Below, one piece after another: positions 10,301 through 18,283 of a stretch of DNA of 64,000 bases. This stretch comes from an uncultured delta proteobacterium. GTDB lineage: Bacteria > Myxococcota > UBA727 > VGSZ01. Location: NCBI GenBank assembly GCA_963775425.1, contig CAVZJB010000017.1, positions 256,001-320,000 of the forward strand, written 5' to 3'. A program made the translations under genes and the position numbers. Every line of letters starts with the position of its first letter. Position 1 is the first letter of the stretch. The notes beneath the pieces are model-generated. The model worked only from the letters and a program-made list of their open reading frames with translations, did no database searches and was not told the DNA's origin.

Positions 10301-13248
10301 GTCTGCTTCCTGCCGTGATCGTCGGTGGCCGTGGCCTCGATGATGTAGAGGCCGGCGCGTTCGGGGGTGACGTCGCAGCCGACGTCGGCGGAGGCGTCGC
10401 TCACCTTGCTGCACGTGGAGACCGGCGTCTCCTGCGGCTCGCTCATGGTGATGAAGCGGCCCGTGTCCGGGTCCTTCTTCTTGATGCTCTTCCACTCGCG
10501 CCGCTTGACCGCCACCTCGATGTGGGTCCCCGCCACGCGCTGTCCATCGACGCCGACGGCGATGAGCCCGATGTGCAGCGGCTTGTTGACCTCCCCGAAG
10601 CCATCCCCCGTGCGGACGCCCGCGTACACCGAGGCGGGGTGCACGATGACGCGCGCGCGGTTGGCCACCCGTTGCCGGCTCACGTCCTCGACCTCGGACT
10701 CGATCTCGTACGCCACCGTCCGGCCGGCGACCGCCTCGGTCTCGCCGACGTCGACGGCGAGGGTGCCGTCGGCGCCGACGTCGTCGCTCTTCCTGAAGAC
10801 CACCGCCGACGCGCCCTCGGGCTCGCCGTCGTCGAAGCCCCACACGTTCTTGCCGAACGCGTACTCGTCGAAGCCCTCAGGCGTGAAGTCCGCCGTCTCG
10901 CGCACCACCGTGGTGTCCACGTGGGCTCCGGGCATGGCGCCGCCGAAGAGGTAGCGCGCGTCGACGTGGGCGATCAGGTGCTCGCCCGCGACCACCGCAG
11001 GCCTCTCGGTGGTGACGTCCACCTTGAACTTGGGCGCGCGGTACTCCTCCACGCGAAACGACGTCGACAGGTCGATCTCTTTCCCCGCCACCGTGGCGCT
11101 CGCGGCGAGCTCGTGCCAGCCGAGCGAGCCTCCTTCGGGCAGCTTGACCTTGGTGCTGAACGTGCCGAAGCGCGTGAGGGGCACGTCCTGCTTGGCGACC
11201 GTCTTGCCGTATGTCCTCACCTCGACGTGCACCTCGCTGTCGATCTTCGGGAGCGAGATGACGCCGCGGCGGCGCAGGCGGACCACGCCCTTGATGTCCA
11301 CCTCGTCACCGGGGCGATAGATCCCGCGCTCCGTGGCGACGAAGCCGAGCGCGCGCGGCACGTCTCCGTCGAAGTCGACGTCCATCCCGGCGCTCGAGGG
11401 GCCGATCTCGCCCTCCCACGACGAGAACGACACGCCCGTGTCGCCGTCCTTCTGCGCGGACACGAGCACCTCGGGCGCGGAGTAGTAGCCTTCGATGTTG
11501 CTGCCGGCGACCAGGTCGGCGAGGCCCTTCACGTGCGCGATGCCGTCGTCATCGCTGGTCTCGCTCTCGAGCGCTTTTCCGTGCGTGTCGTAGAGCGTGA
11601 CGGTGGCGCCGGCCACCGGCGCGCCCTTGGACAGCGACGTCACCCACACCACGCCGCTCGTGGCGCCGAGCTTCGCGTGCGCGACCAGGTCCGTGATCTG
11701 CCCGAGCACGTAGCTCGGCTCGTGGCCCACCTCGGGCGCGATGAGCGCGAGGCGGAAGAGCTTGGGCGCGCCCGAGGGCAGGAGCGCGCCGAGCTTCAGC
11801 GGCACGCGCACCGCCACGTTGCGTTCGGCGGAGGTGTCGACGGTGGTGGCGATGGCGTCCTTGCCCACCACGTGGGCGCGCGGATCGCGCATGAGCCCCG
11901 CCATCTCCGCGGGCAGGAGCGGCAACACCGAGACGCGCACCTCGTCGACGTTGACGGCCTCGACGGGATAGCTGTCGTCGCCGCCGCCCTCGATGAGCGC
12001 CAGCGAGCTGTCGACGCGCAGGTCCGGCTCGACGTCGTCGAGCTTGAACGTCCCCGAAAACGCCGGCGCCTCCTGGCCGAGCGCGTCCTTCACACCGGCG
12101 TCGACGACGATCTTGTAGTGGAGCCCCGGGCGGAAGCGCGCCTGGATGCTGGCGGTGGCGCCGTCGTGCACCGAGGTGCGCGAGCCGATCTCGTCGTCGT
12201 CGATGACCGCGGGCGGATCGAAGTGCACCTTGCCCAGCAAGCTCTCGACGTCGGGCTCGTTGGTGGCCTGGAGGACCACGGGCCCGTACGGACACGTCTC
12301 GCGCCACGACTCGCACGCGCGGACGCCCGTGAAGCGCATCGCGCCCGCCACGGCGAAGGAGAGCTGCTTGGGCTCGGCGGTGATGGGTCCTTCCTTGCCG
12401 GCGAGGCTGCCGTCGACGGAGACCGTGAGCTTCTCACCCGACGCGAGCGTGGCCTTGGGCTTCAGCACGTAGCGCGTCTCCCGGCCCCACGACGAGCGCG
12501 CCGGCGGCGCCGCGTGCTGCTTCTTGGCGCGCTCGGCCTCGACGTCGACGACGTCGACGACGTCGTAGGCGACGGGCTTGCCGCCGCTTTTGATGGTGAC
12601 GTGACGCGCGAAGTCGTCGGCCATCGGCTGGTTGAAGACGAGCGCGATCTTCCCGTCCGGCGGGAGCCAGCGCCAACCGGCCTCGGGGTCGCTGCGCACG
12701 ACGCGCGGGTGCACGGTCTCGAAGGAGAAGGTGTAGGGCTTTTGGAGCTTCTCGCCGTCGACGGCGACGAGGCCGTCGCCCAGCGTGACGGTGAATTTGG
12801 TGGCGTAGGGGAGCACCTCGTCGGGAGCGAATTCGATGCTCGACGAGCCGATCCACTTCCACGCGCCCTTCACCGCGGGCTCGATCCGCGCCTGCGGCGG
12901 CTTGGCGGCGTCGCGGTCGCCGAGCGCCACCACGGGCTTGTTGAAGGTGACCGCGGGGCGCGCGCCGCTGCTGTTGACGCCTTGCGGGCGCGCGACGACG
13001 ACGGTGAGCGGACCCGCGGGGATGCCGGCGAACGCGCCGCTTTGGATGTGGACGGCGGGCGGCTCGGGGAGGGGCAGCAGCTCGAGGGGCTCCTTTTCCG
13101 CGGGGACCTTGAGCGTGTCGGTGTGCGCGAGGTCGGGCTCCTGCTTGCCGCAGCGGTTGCATGAGACGGCCGTCGCGAGCGATGCGGTGACGACGGCGAC
13201 GACGGCGAAGCGATGACGGCGAGCGTGCACGTGGACCCCCGGATGCAT
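7354..13248 (-). CDS. Bacterial alpha-2-macroglobulin (YfhM-like) lipoprotein
   Basis: Lipobox-like AVSC, TERGIYRPGD, FRVEEY, LPDDLTTYR, thioester motif YPYGCAEQ, C-terminal AEEMYAPE; directly upstream of pbpC. Confidence 0.93.
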   Translation of the reverse strand: MHPGVHVHARRHRFAVVAVVTASLATAVSCNRCGKQEPDLAHTDTLKVPAEKEPLELLPLPEPPAVHIQSGAFAGIPAGPLTVVVARPQGVNSSGARPAVTFNKPVVALGDRDAAKPPQARIEPAVKGAWKWIGSSSIEFAPDEVLPYATKFTVTLGDGLVAVDGEKLQKPYTFSFETVHPRVVRSDPEAGWRWLPPDGKIALVFNQPMADDFARHVTIKSGGKPVAYDVVDVVDVEAERAKKQHAAPPARSSWGRETRYVLKPKATLASGEKLTVSVDGSLAGKEGPITAEPKQLSFAVAGAMRFTGVRACESWRETCPYGPVVLQATNEPDVESLLGKVHFDPPAVIDDDEIGSRTSVHDGATASIQARFRPGLHYKIVVDAGVKDALGQEAPAFSGTFKLDDVEPDLRVDSSLALIEGGGDDSYPVEAVNVDEVRVSVLPLLPAEMAGLMRDPRAHVVGKDAIATTVDTSAERNVAVRVPLKLGALLPSGAPKLFRLALIAPEVGHEPSYVLGQITDLVAHAKLGATSGVVWVTSLSKGAPVAGATVTLYDTHGKALESETSDDDGIAHVKGLADLVAGSNIEGYYSAPEVLVSAQKDGDTGVSFSSWEGEIGPSSAGMDVDFDGDVPRALGFVATERGIYRPGDEVDIKGVVRLRRRGVISLPKIDSEVHVEVRTYGKTVAKQDVPLTRFGTFSTKVKLPEGGSLGWHELAASATVAGKEIDLSTSFRVEEYRAPKFKVDVTTERPAVVAGEHLIAHVDARYLFGGAMPGAHVDTTVVRETADFTPEGFDEYAFGKNVWGFDDGEPEGASAVVFRKSDDVGADGTLAVDVGETEAVAGRTVAYEIESEVEDVSRQRVANRARVIVHPASVYAGVRTGDGFGEVNKPLHIGLIAVGVDGQRVAGTHIEVAVKRREWKSIKKKDPDTGRFITMSEPQETPVSTCSKVSDASADVGCDVTPERAGLYIIEATATDDHGRKQTTTTSTYVVGGAWVSWQRTDGDQIDLVADKKLYEAGDTARVLVKSPWPDAEALVTVEREGVLWTRRQKVSPSSTVDIPITDGMVPNVFVSVVVVRGRVPDDAASPKDAASAAAREADPGRPQVRVGYAKLEVDKREKRLDVAVDAGAGTHRPGEKLKLKIAVKDFEGHGAPAEVALWAVDEAVLRLTDYSVPDPVAAIHPPRGLSVRLGEPLIFLIKKQRYGEKGRPPGGDGGAGVGGGFRSNFKTTAFFVPQVETDEQGRAEVEVKLPDDLTTYRVMALAVTEGDRAGSGRTDIVVQKPLLALPALPRLARVGDTFSAGVIVHAQQAGDVKVKVDAQGLALDGPPEQTVRVEAGRAREVRFSFAAKSPGTARLRFEVIGGGERDGVEHLLPVVLPMVMETVAATGDTDGKREEALAPPAGVYPGVGGLQVSLASTALAGYQDALEQLVAYPYGCAEQLSSRLVPFMALRELEGAFGVPHKGGDAEQQRTAHWLGLDADAAGGVPDPDRVADKTVRALEDLQSDDGGFRYWGSSSCSDPWASSYATLALSRAKELGYAVDDSAVSKAKRFLATKVAADRLPSCGWQRHASLVERAFAVWALARTGEPKNSFIEGLFDKRADLPLFAKAMLADASYVGKADDERAGVLLQEVMNGAKETARDVHFEETDPRRWSSYWSSDVRTSAVVLMTLVDGEPDHPFVGKIAHWLGTERKGGRYRSTQEAAFALMALTEVVRAKEHEPPRFEATVSLAGKPLITQRFDGRSLDIFEKLVPMSALGAGGQAPLVFEKTGSGTLSYTAALRYAKKEMPTTPLDAGIAVQRWFEPWSTAPGTGRALKVRAGELVRVKARVATSAERKFVAVEVPLPAGLEIVDESLASTASHAPAGEEGDEGGEGGEDGEYGDEGEGEGEEYAVWSPFNHVELRDDRAVFFSDDLPPGVHTTSITARATTPGTFVLKPATAEEMYAPETSGRSDGGTFEVVAP

Positions 13249-13255
13249 GACGGAG

Positions 13256-14185
13256 TTAGCGGCCCGCGCGGCGCGGGCCTCGGTCGGAGCGCGGCCGGGC
13301 GGAGGCGCTCTTTGGAGAAGGGGGCCGGCGTGACAGCTCCCACAGGATCACGGACGAGGCGCAGGCGACGTTCATGCTCTCGACGGCGCCGCTGCCGGGG
13401 ATGGCGACGACGACGTCGGCCTCGTCGAACAGCGCGCGGCTCAAGCCCTGCCCCTCGGAGCCGAACAGGACGAGCGCGCGCCGCGGCAGCGGCACGTCGC
13501 CGAGCCGGGTCTCGGTGTGGCTCGAGGTGGCGACGACGCGGTAGCCGGCGGAGCGGAGCGCGCGCAAGGAGGCGAGGCCGTCTCCCGCCGGCACGACCTC
13601 GACGTGCTCCGCGCCGCCCTCGGCCGTGCGCATCGCCGCCGGGGACAGCGCGGGCGTCTCGCCCGCGGCGAGCACGGCGCGCACGCCGAAGTGTGCACAG
13701 ACGCGGAGGATGGCGCCGAGGTTGTGCGGGTTCTTCACGCTCTCGAGCATCACGACGACGCCGGCGCCCTTTTCCTCGACGAGCCGGCGCAGCACGCGCT
13801 CGGCGGACACGGGCGGGCGCAGGCGCGCGATGAAGCAGACGCCGTCGTGGTGCACCGTCTCGGCGATCTGATCGAGGTCGTCGCCGGTCTTGACGTGATA
13901 GGCGATGCGCTGTTGGGCGCACCACTTGAGCACGTCGCCGAACGCCTTGAGGTTCTCCTCGGTGACATACACGCGGCGGATGTCGTCGCGGCGGTTCTCG
14001 AACAGCGCGCGGCAGGCGTTCCTGCCGGCGACCTTCATCTCGGGCGCGTTGTCCGCGCGCGGGTGACGCCCACCGCGGGCAGCGGACGTCGCTTCGGGCT
14101 CGGCGTGTGCCTGACGCGCCGGAGCGCGCCCGGCATCGGCCCGTGGCGACGGTCGAGACCTCGAGCGCTCGTCGCGATTTCGCAC
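13256..14185 (-). CDS. TrmH/SpoU family RNA 2'-O-methyltransferase (start uncertain; alternative ATG at 14038)
   Basis: NPHNLGAILR, LFGSEGQGL, IPGSGAVESMNVA SPOUT motifs. Confidence 0.9.
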   Translation of the reverse strand: MRNRDERSRSRPSPRADAGRAPARQAHAEPEATSAARGGRHPRADNAPEMKVAGRNACRALFENRRDDIRRVYVTEENLKAFGDVLKWCAQQRIAYHVKTGDDLDQIAETVHHDGVCFIARLRPPVSAERVLRRLVEEKGAGVVVMLESVKNPHNLGAILRVCAHFGVRAVLAAGETPALSPAAMRTAEGGAEHVEVVPAGDGLASLRALRSAGYRVVATSSHTETRLGDVPLPRRALVLFGSEGQGLSRALFDEADVVVAIPGSGAVESMNVACASSVILWELSRRPPSPKSASARPRSDRGPRRAGR

Positions 14186-14290
14186 GGCGCGACCGTAGCA
14201 CGCCCCTGGAAAGACGCGGCCGCAGCCCGCGCGTGCCACCGGATCACACGCGCGCACACGGATCTTCGGGGGAGCCGCCAATGCGTCCGC

Positions 14291-14827
14291 ATGAAGACGA
14301 CCCTCGCGCTCCCGGCGCTCCTCGCGCTGTCCGCCTGCAACGGCATCGTGGGCGCGGTGCCCGTCGAGGTCTCCGGCGGCACCCTCACCGCCTCCGGCGA
14401 TGCGCACCGCGCGGTGCTCCGCCTGTCGGAGGCGAGGTCTGCGCCCGGGTGCGGCGTCGAGGAGCCGAGCGACGTCGAGGTGGTCATCTCCCTCGCCAAC
14501 GACGCCGGCATCGACCCAGGCGTCTACGACATCACCGGCGGCGCGCGCTCCGCCGACGCCCGCCTCACGCTCACTGACAAGAGCTGCGCCGCCCTGCGCG
14601 ACGACGCCGCCACGAGCGGCGCCGTGCACGTCAACACCATCGACCTCCATGCGCGCGCCACCGGCTCGTACGATCTCGTGTTCGACACGGGAGAGCTGTC
14701 GGGCCGCTTCGACGCGGGCGCGTGCGTGCTCGCCGGCGGCGGCGACGTCGACGTCGCCGACTGCGACGACGTCGACCATGACGGCGAGCCCGGCGGCACA
14801 TCCGGCGGCGGCGGCGACGGCGACTGA
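14291..14827 (+). CDS. Hypothetical lipoprotein
   Basis: MKTTLALPALLALSAC lipobox; beta-rich body; acidic Gly tail. Confidence 0.7.
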   Translation: MKTTLALPALLALSACNGIVGAVPVEVSGGTLTASGDAHRAVLRLSEARSAPGCGVEEPSDVEVVISLANDAGIDPGVYDITGGARSADARLTLTDKSCAALRDDAATSGAVHVNTIDLHARATGSYDLVFDTGELSGRFDAGACVLAGGGDVDVADCDDVDHDGEPGGTSGGGGDGD

Positions 14828-14884
14828 GGGTCGCGGCTCCCCCCGTCGTGGGCAGGCTTGTGCGGCGCGTCGGGCGGCGCGCGC

Positions 14885-15553
14885 TCAACCGCCGCCGAAC
14901 CGCTCGTCGACGACGCGCTGGGTGAAGACCCGGCGCAGGTAGAACCCCTGCGGGGGCGCGCGATAGGCGACGCCGGCGACGTCGGTGGCGCTGCGCTCGA
15001 CGCGGGCGTCGCGCGCCTTCGGGCGGAGCTGCAGGAAGCGGCCGCGGCGTGCGGTGACGGCGAAGCCGAGGCCGTGGGCGACGAGGTCGGCGAGGTCTTC
15101 CCAGTCGGCGCGCAGCGCGCGCTCGTCGTCCTCCCCGGGGCTCCACAAGAAGGCCGTTCCCACGCGGCGCTGCTCGCCGCGCGCCTCCACCGGAACGAAC
15201 AGCACGCGCGCGAGCTTCGCCCGCGCCCGCGACGTCGCCCACGTCTCTTCCTTGATGCTCTCGGGCGAGGCGCTGCACACCCACGTGGACTCGACGACGC
15301 GGCCGCCGTCGACGGGCAGCGTCTTCACCTCCACGCCGGCGGCGGCGAAGTCCGGCCCGGGTGCGCTCGAGCGCGGCAGCCCGAGCGCCCGCTCGACGAG
15401 CTCGCCGACGCCGCCCTTGCCCACCGCCACGCCGAGCGACGACACGGTCCGCCCGGCGAGGGCGTGCGCGCGGGCGAGGATCTCGACCTCGTCGACGACC
15501 TCCTCGACGACGTCCTCGACGACGGCCTCGACGGTGATCACGGCGCGCGCCAC
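14885..15553 (-). CDS. mutH: MutH/Sau3AI family endonuclease
   Basis: KGGVGELVERALG, PDF...GVEVKTLPV, ESTWVC, LWSP, LRADWEDL, LQLRPK and GFYLRR-F-T parallel the E. coli MutH motifs. Confidence 0.85.
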   Translation of the reverse strand: MARAVITVEAVVEDVVEEVVDEVEILARAHALAGRTVSSLGVAVGKGGVGELVERALGLPRSSAPGPDFAAAGVEVKTLPVDGGRVVESTWVCSASPESIKEETWATSRARAKLARVLFVPVEARGEQRRVGTAFLWSPGEDDERALRADWEDLADLVAHGLGFAVTARRGRFLQLRPKARDARVERSATDVAGVAYRAPPQGFYLRRVFTQRVVDERFGGG

Positions 15554-15864
15554 ATGGACGCGGTAGCAGGCGGCCGCGGCGCGCGAAAGGCGGGCGCGGT
15601 CGCCGGTCGGTCACGCGACGAAGCGCCGCCTCTCGAAGCGGTGCAGGCCCGTGAGCGTCTCGCGCCCGTGACCGAACATCGACGTCGACGCCGGCGTCCA
15701 CCCTTCGAACGCGCCGCGCCACGAGCGCGACCGGCCTGGGGGCTCCCGCGTGCGGTCTCACCCATGCCATTGGGCCGGCACGCCCGGGTGTGGACGCAGC
15801 CGCGCGCTGCGACGCGCTTGCGCGACGTGCGATTCGGCACGGTGCTTGGAGAGCCGGTGGTGCC

Positions 15865-17070
15865 ATGAGCCGCTTCACCGCCCCCGCCGTCGTCGCCGCC
15901 ACCGCCACGCTCCTCGCCGCCTCCGGTGGCGCTCTCGTCGGCGCTGGCGCCGCCCGCGCGCAGCCTGACGCGGGCTGGGTCGCGCGGATGGATGCGCTCG
16001 CCGTGGCGCTGTCGCAGTTGCTCCCGGACGCCCTGGGCGACCCGCCGTCGAGCGCCGAACAGCAGGAGGCGCGCGACGAGAGGCTGCGCAAGAACACGCG
16101 CGCCCTCGCGACCCTCGCGCACGACCTCAGGATGGTCGACCCCTCGCGCCTCCCCGACAACGACCCGACGGTGCCGCTCCTCGCGCGCGAGCTCGACAGC
16201 GCGATGGCCGACGTCGAGACCGCGCGTGGGGATCGCTTGAAAGACGCGTCGCTGCTCGTGGCGTCGACGTGCATCGCCTGCCACACGCGCACGAACGCGG
16301 GCGCGCCGCGGCCGCGCATGCGCCTTCCTGCCGTGGACCCGTCGCTCCCCGCCTGGGTGCAGGCCGACGTCCTCGCCGCCACCCGTCGCTTCGAGCCGGC
16401 GCGCGCCGCATACCGCGCCGTCATCCGCGACGAGAGCTTCGCCGAGAAGGAGCCGATGCTCTGGGAGCACGCCGTCAAGCGGGCGCTCGTCCTCGAGGTG
16501 CGCACCGCCCGCGACCCCCGCGGCGCGCTCGAGATCGTCGAGCAGGTGCTCCACACGCCCGCGCTCGAGGGGCGCGAAGGGATGCTGCGCGACGCCGCCG
16601 GCTGGCGTACGAGCCTGCGCGCGTGGGCCGCGGAGCCGCAGCGGCCGCGCACGCGCCAGGCGCTCTACGCGCAGGCGCAGCGCCTGATGGATCAAGCCAA
16701 CGCCCTGGCGCGCGCCCCCGACGACAGCAGCGCCGACATCCTCTACCTCCGCACCACCAGCGCCCTGCACGAGCTGCTCTCCAAGCTCCCCGCGGACGCC
16801 AAAGCGAAGGGCGTGCGCGCGCAGGCGCTGTCGTGGCTCGGTGAGAGCTACGAGGCCTTGCGCGACGTCGACGTCTGGTCCCTGTACCTGCTGTACGACG
16901 AGGCCTGCATCGAGGAGGCGCCGCACTCCATCATCGCCGGCGAGTGCTACGACCGGCTCGTGCGCGCCACGCGTGTCGAGGAGAGCGGCAACGGCGGCGC
17001 CCCCCTCGACGCCGTCACCCGCGCCCGCCTCGAGCGCCTCAAGGACCTCTCCGTCTCCCACCCCCGCTGA
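15865..17070 (+). CDS. Secreted monoheme c-type cytochrome with C-terminal helical (TPR-like) region
   Basis: Signal peptide; a single CIACH heme motif after a helical bundle; Ala/Leu helical repeats. Confidence 0.65.
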   Translation: MSRFTAPAVVAATATLLAASGGALVGAGAARAQPDAGWVARMDALAVALSQLLPDALGDPPSSAEQQEARDERLRKNTRALATLAHDLRMVDPSRLPDNDPTVPLLARELDSAMADVETARGDRLKDASLLVASTCIACHTRTNAGAPRPRMRLPAVDPSLPAWVQADVLAATRRFEPARAAYRAVIRDESFAEKEPMLWEHAVKRALVLEVRTARDPRGALEIVEQVLHTPALEGREGMLRDAAGWRTSLRAWAAEPQRPRTRQALYAQAQRLMDQANALARAPDDSSADILYLRTTSALHELLSKLPADAKAKGVRAQALSWLGESYEALRDVDVWSLYLLYDEACIEEAPHSIIAGECYDRLVRATRVEESGNGGAPLDAVTRARLERLKDLSVSHPR

Positions 17071-17159
17071 ACGCCCCCGCGGCGGCCCGTGGCCGGCGGC
17101 GCACACGCCGTGCGCGCCGGCTCGTCCGCCGGCTCGCGGGCGCGGTAGCTTCGGAGCGC

Positions 17160-17822
17160 ATGGATGCCGCCACGTCCGCGCTCGTCGACGAGGTGCGCCG
17201 TCTCTCTCCCGAGAAGGCGTTTCGCGCCTATCTCGAGCTGTGCGACACGGCGCCCGACAAGGCGCAGGTGGCGGCGCTCGCGCTGCGAGACAAGGCGCGG
17301 GCGGGCGAGCTCCCCGACGACTGCGTCGCCCTCCTCGACACCTGCCTCGCCGAAGCGCCCGACTCCGTCTGCGCGGCGCACCTCGCCAAGGCGCTCGCCG
17401 CCTTCGGCCGCCGTGCGCAGCCCGCCGCGCCCACGCTGTGCGCCCGCATTCGCGACCTCCACGTCACCGACGACGTCGGCTACTGGATCCTCGACGGCTG
17501 CCTCTTCGCCCTCGGCTTCCTCGGCGGCGCCGCCGCCAAGGCGCTCCTCGACGCGCTCGACGCCGAAGCCCCGAGCCGCGCGGTGCGCTCGGACTCCGTC
17601 TATGACGGAGAGCTGTCCCGCGAGGAGCGCGGGCGCCGCTACGCCGACGCGCTCGCCCGCGTGCGCGCCCTGGTCGAGCAGCGCGACCCGGGCGTGTGGC
17701 GCCCGCAGCAAGCGCGCCCCACGCGCGCGCCGTCGCCGCGGCCGCCCGCGACGGAGGGGACGCCGGCGCCCGCGGAGGAGCCGAAGGCCGGGCCGTCGAA
17801 GAAGTCCTGGATGGTGCGCTGA
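17160..17822 (+). CDS. Hypothetical helical (HEAT-like) protein
   Basis: Codon-consistent ORF with amphipathic helices and a Pro-rich tail. Confidence 0.6.
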   Translation: MDAATSALVDEVRRLSPEKAFRAYLELCDTAPDKAQVAALALRDKARAGELPDDCVALLDTCLAEAPDSVCAAHLAKALAAFGRRAQPAAPTLCARIRDLHVTDDVGYWILDGCLFALGFLGGAAAKALLDALDAEAPSRAVRSDSVYDGELSREERGRRYADALARVRALVEQRDPGVWRPQQARPTRAPSPRPPATEGTPAPAEEPKAGPSKKSWMVR

Positions 17823-17842
17823 GGCTCGGCTGCAGGCCCGGC

Positions 17843-18283
17843 TCAGCCACGCACTTCGATGCGCGTCTCGCCGATGCGGATGAGGTCCCCGAGCGCGAGC
17901 TCGGCCGACGGGATGCGCTTGCCGTTCAGGAACGTGCCGTTGGTGGACGCCATGTCGAGCAGCGAAGCGCCGGCCTCGTCGACGAAGACCATGGCGTGGC
18001 GCTGGGAGACCGAGTCGTCCTGGAGGCCGACGTCGGTGTCGCGCTCGAAGCTCGTGAGCAGCGCGCGCGCGCCGGCGTTCTTGGGCGTGGCGCGGATCTT
18101 CAGGTGGCGGGTGACTGCCTTTTCGTCTTCGTCGGACAGGCGGTGCGACGAGTGCTGCGTGATCATGCCCGTGGCGCCGATGAGGGTCTGGCTGCGCCCC
18201 ACCATCACGCAGTGCCCGACATTGACCACAATGGAGCGGCCGAAGTCCTTTCCTTTGACCACGACGAGGACGGCGCGTTTCAT
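17843..18283 (-). CDS. Stand-alone FHA-domain protein
   Basis: VGR, VSQRHA, DMASTNGTFLNG, LGDLIRIG; start overlaps the stop of the SIR2 gene. Confidence 0.9.
   Translation of the reverse strand: MKRAVLVVVKGKDFGRSIVVNVGHCVMVGRSQTLIGATGMITQHSSHRLSDEDEKAVTRHLKIRATPKNAGARALLTSFERDTDVGLQDDSVSQRHAMVFVDEAGASLLDMASTNGTFLNGKRIPSAELALGDLIRIGETRIEVRG

Noticed and set aside
7486-13164. 1892-aa plus-strand ORF, and similar long shadow ORFs (26558-29701, 49417-52272, 52813-56439)
   Set aside because: Antisense to well-supported genes. High GC and codon bias suppress stops on the opposite strand, and the translations carry no recognisable motifs.
14885-15553. Sau3AI-type restriction-modification system
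   Set aside because: Half the size of Sau3AI, and no methyltransferase in the window
15835-15850. Sigma-54-like CGGCACGGTGCTTGGA upstream of the cytochrome gene
   Set aside because: The -12 dinucleotide is GG rather than GC and the site is very close to the ATG; too weak to call
15554-15864. Possible structured ncRNA in the 310-bp intergenic gap (9-bp inverted repeat TCGGTCACG/CGTGACCGA)
   Set aside because: Short inverted repeats are expected at this GC content and no RNA family is recognisable; an Rfam/Infernal search would be needed
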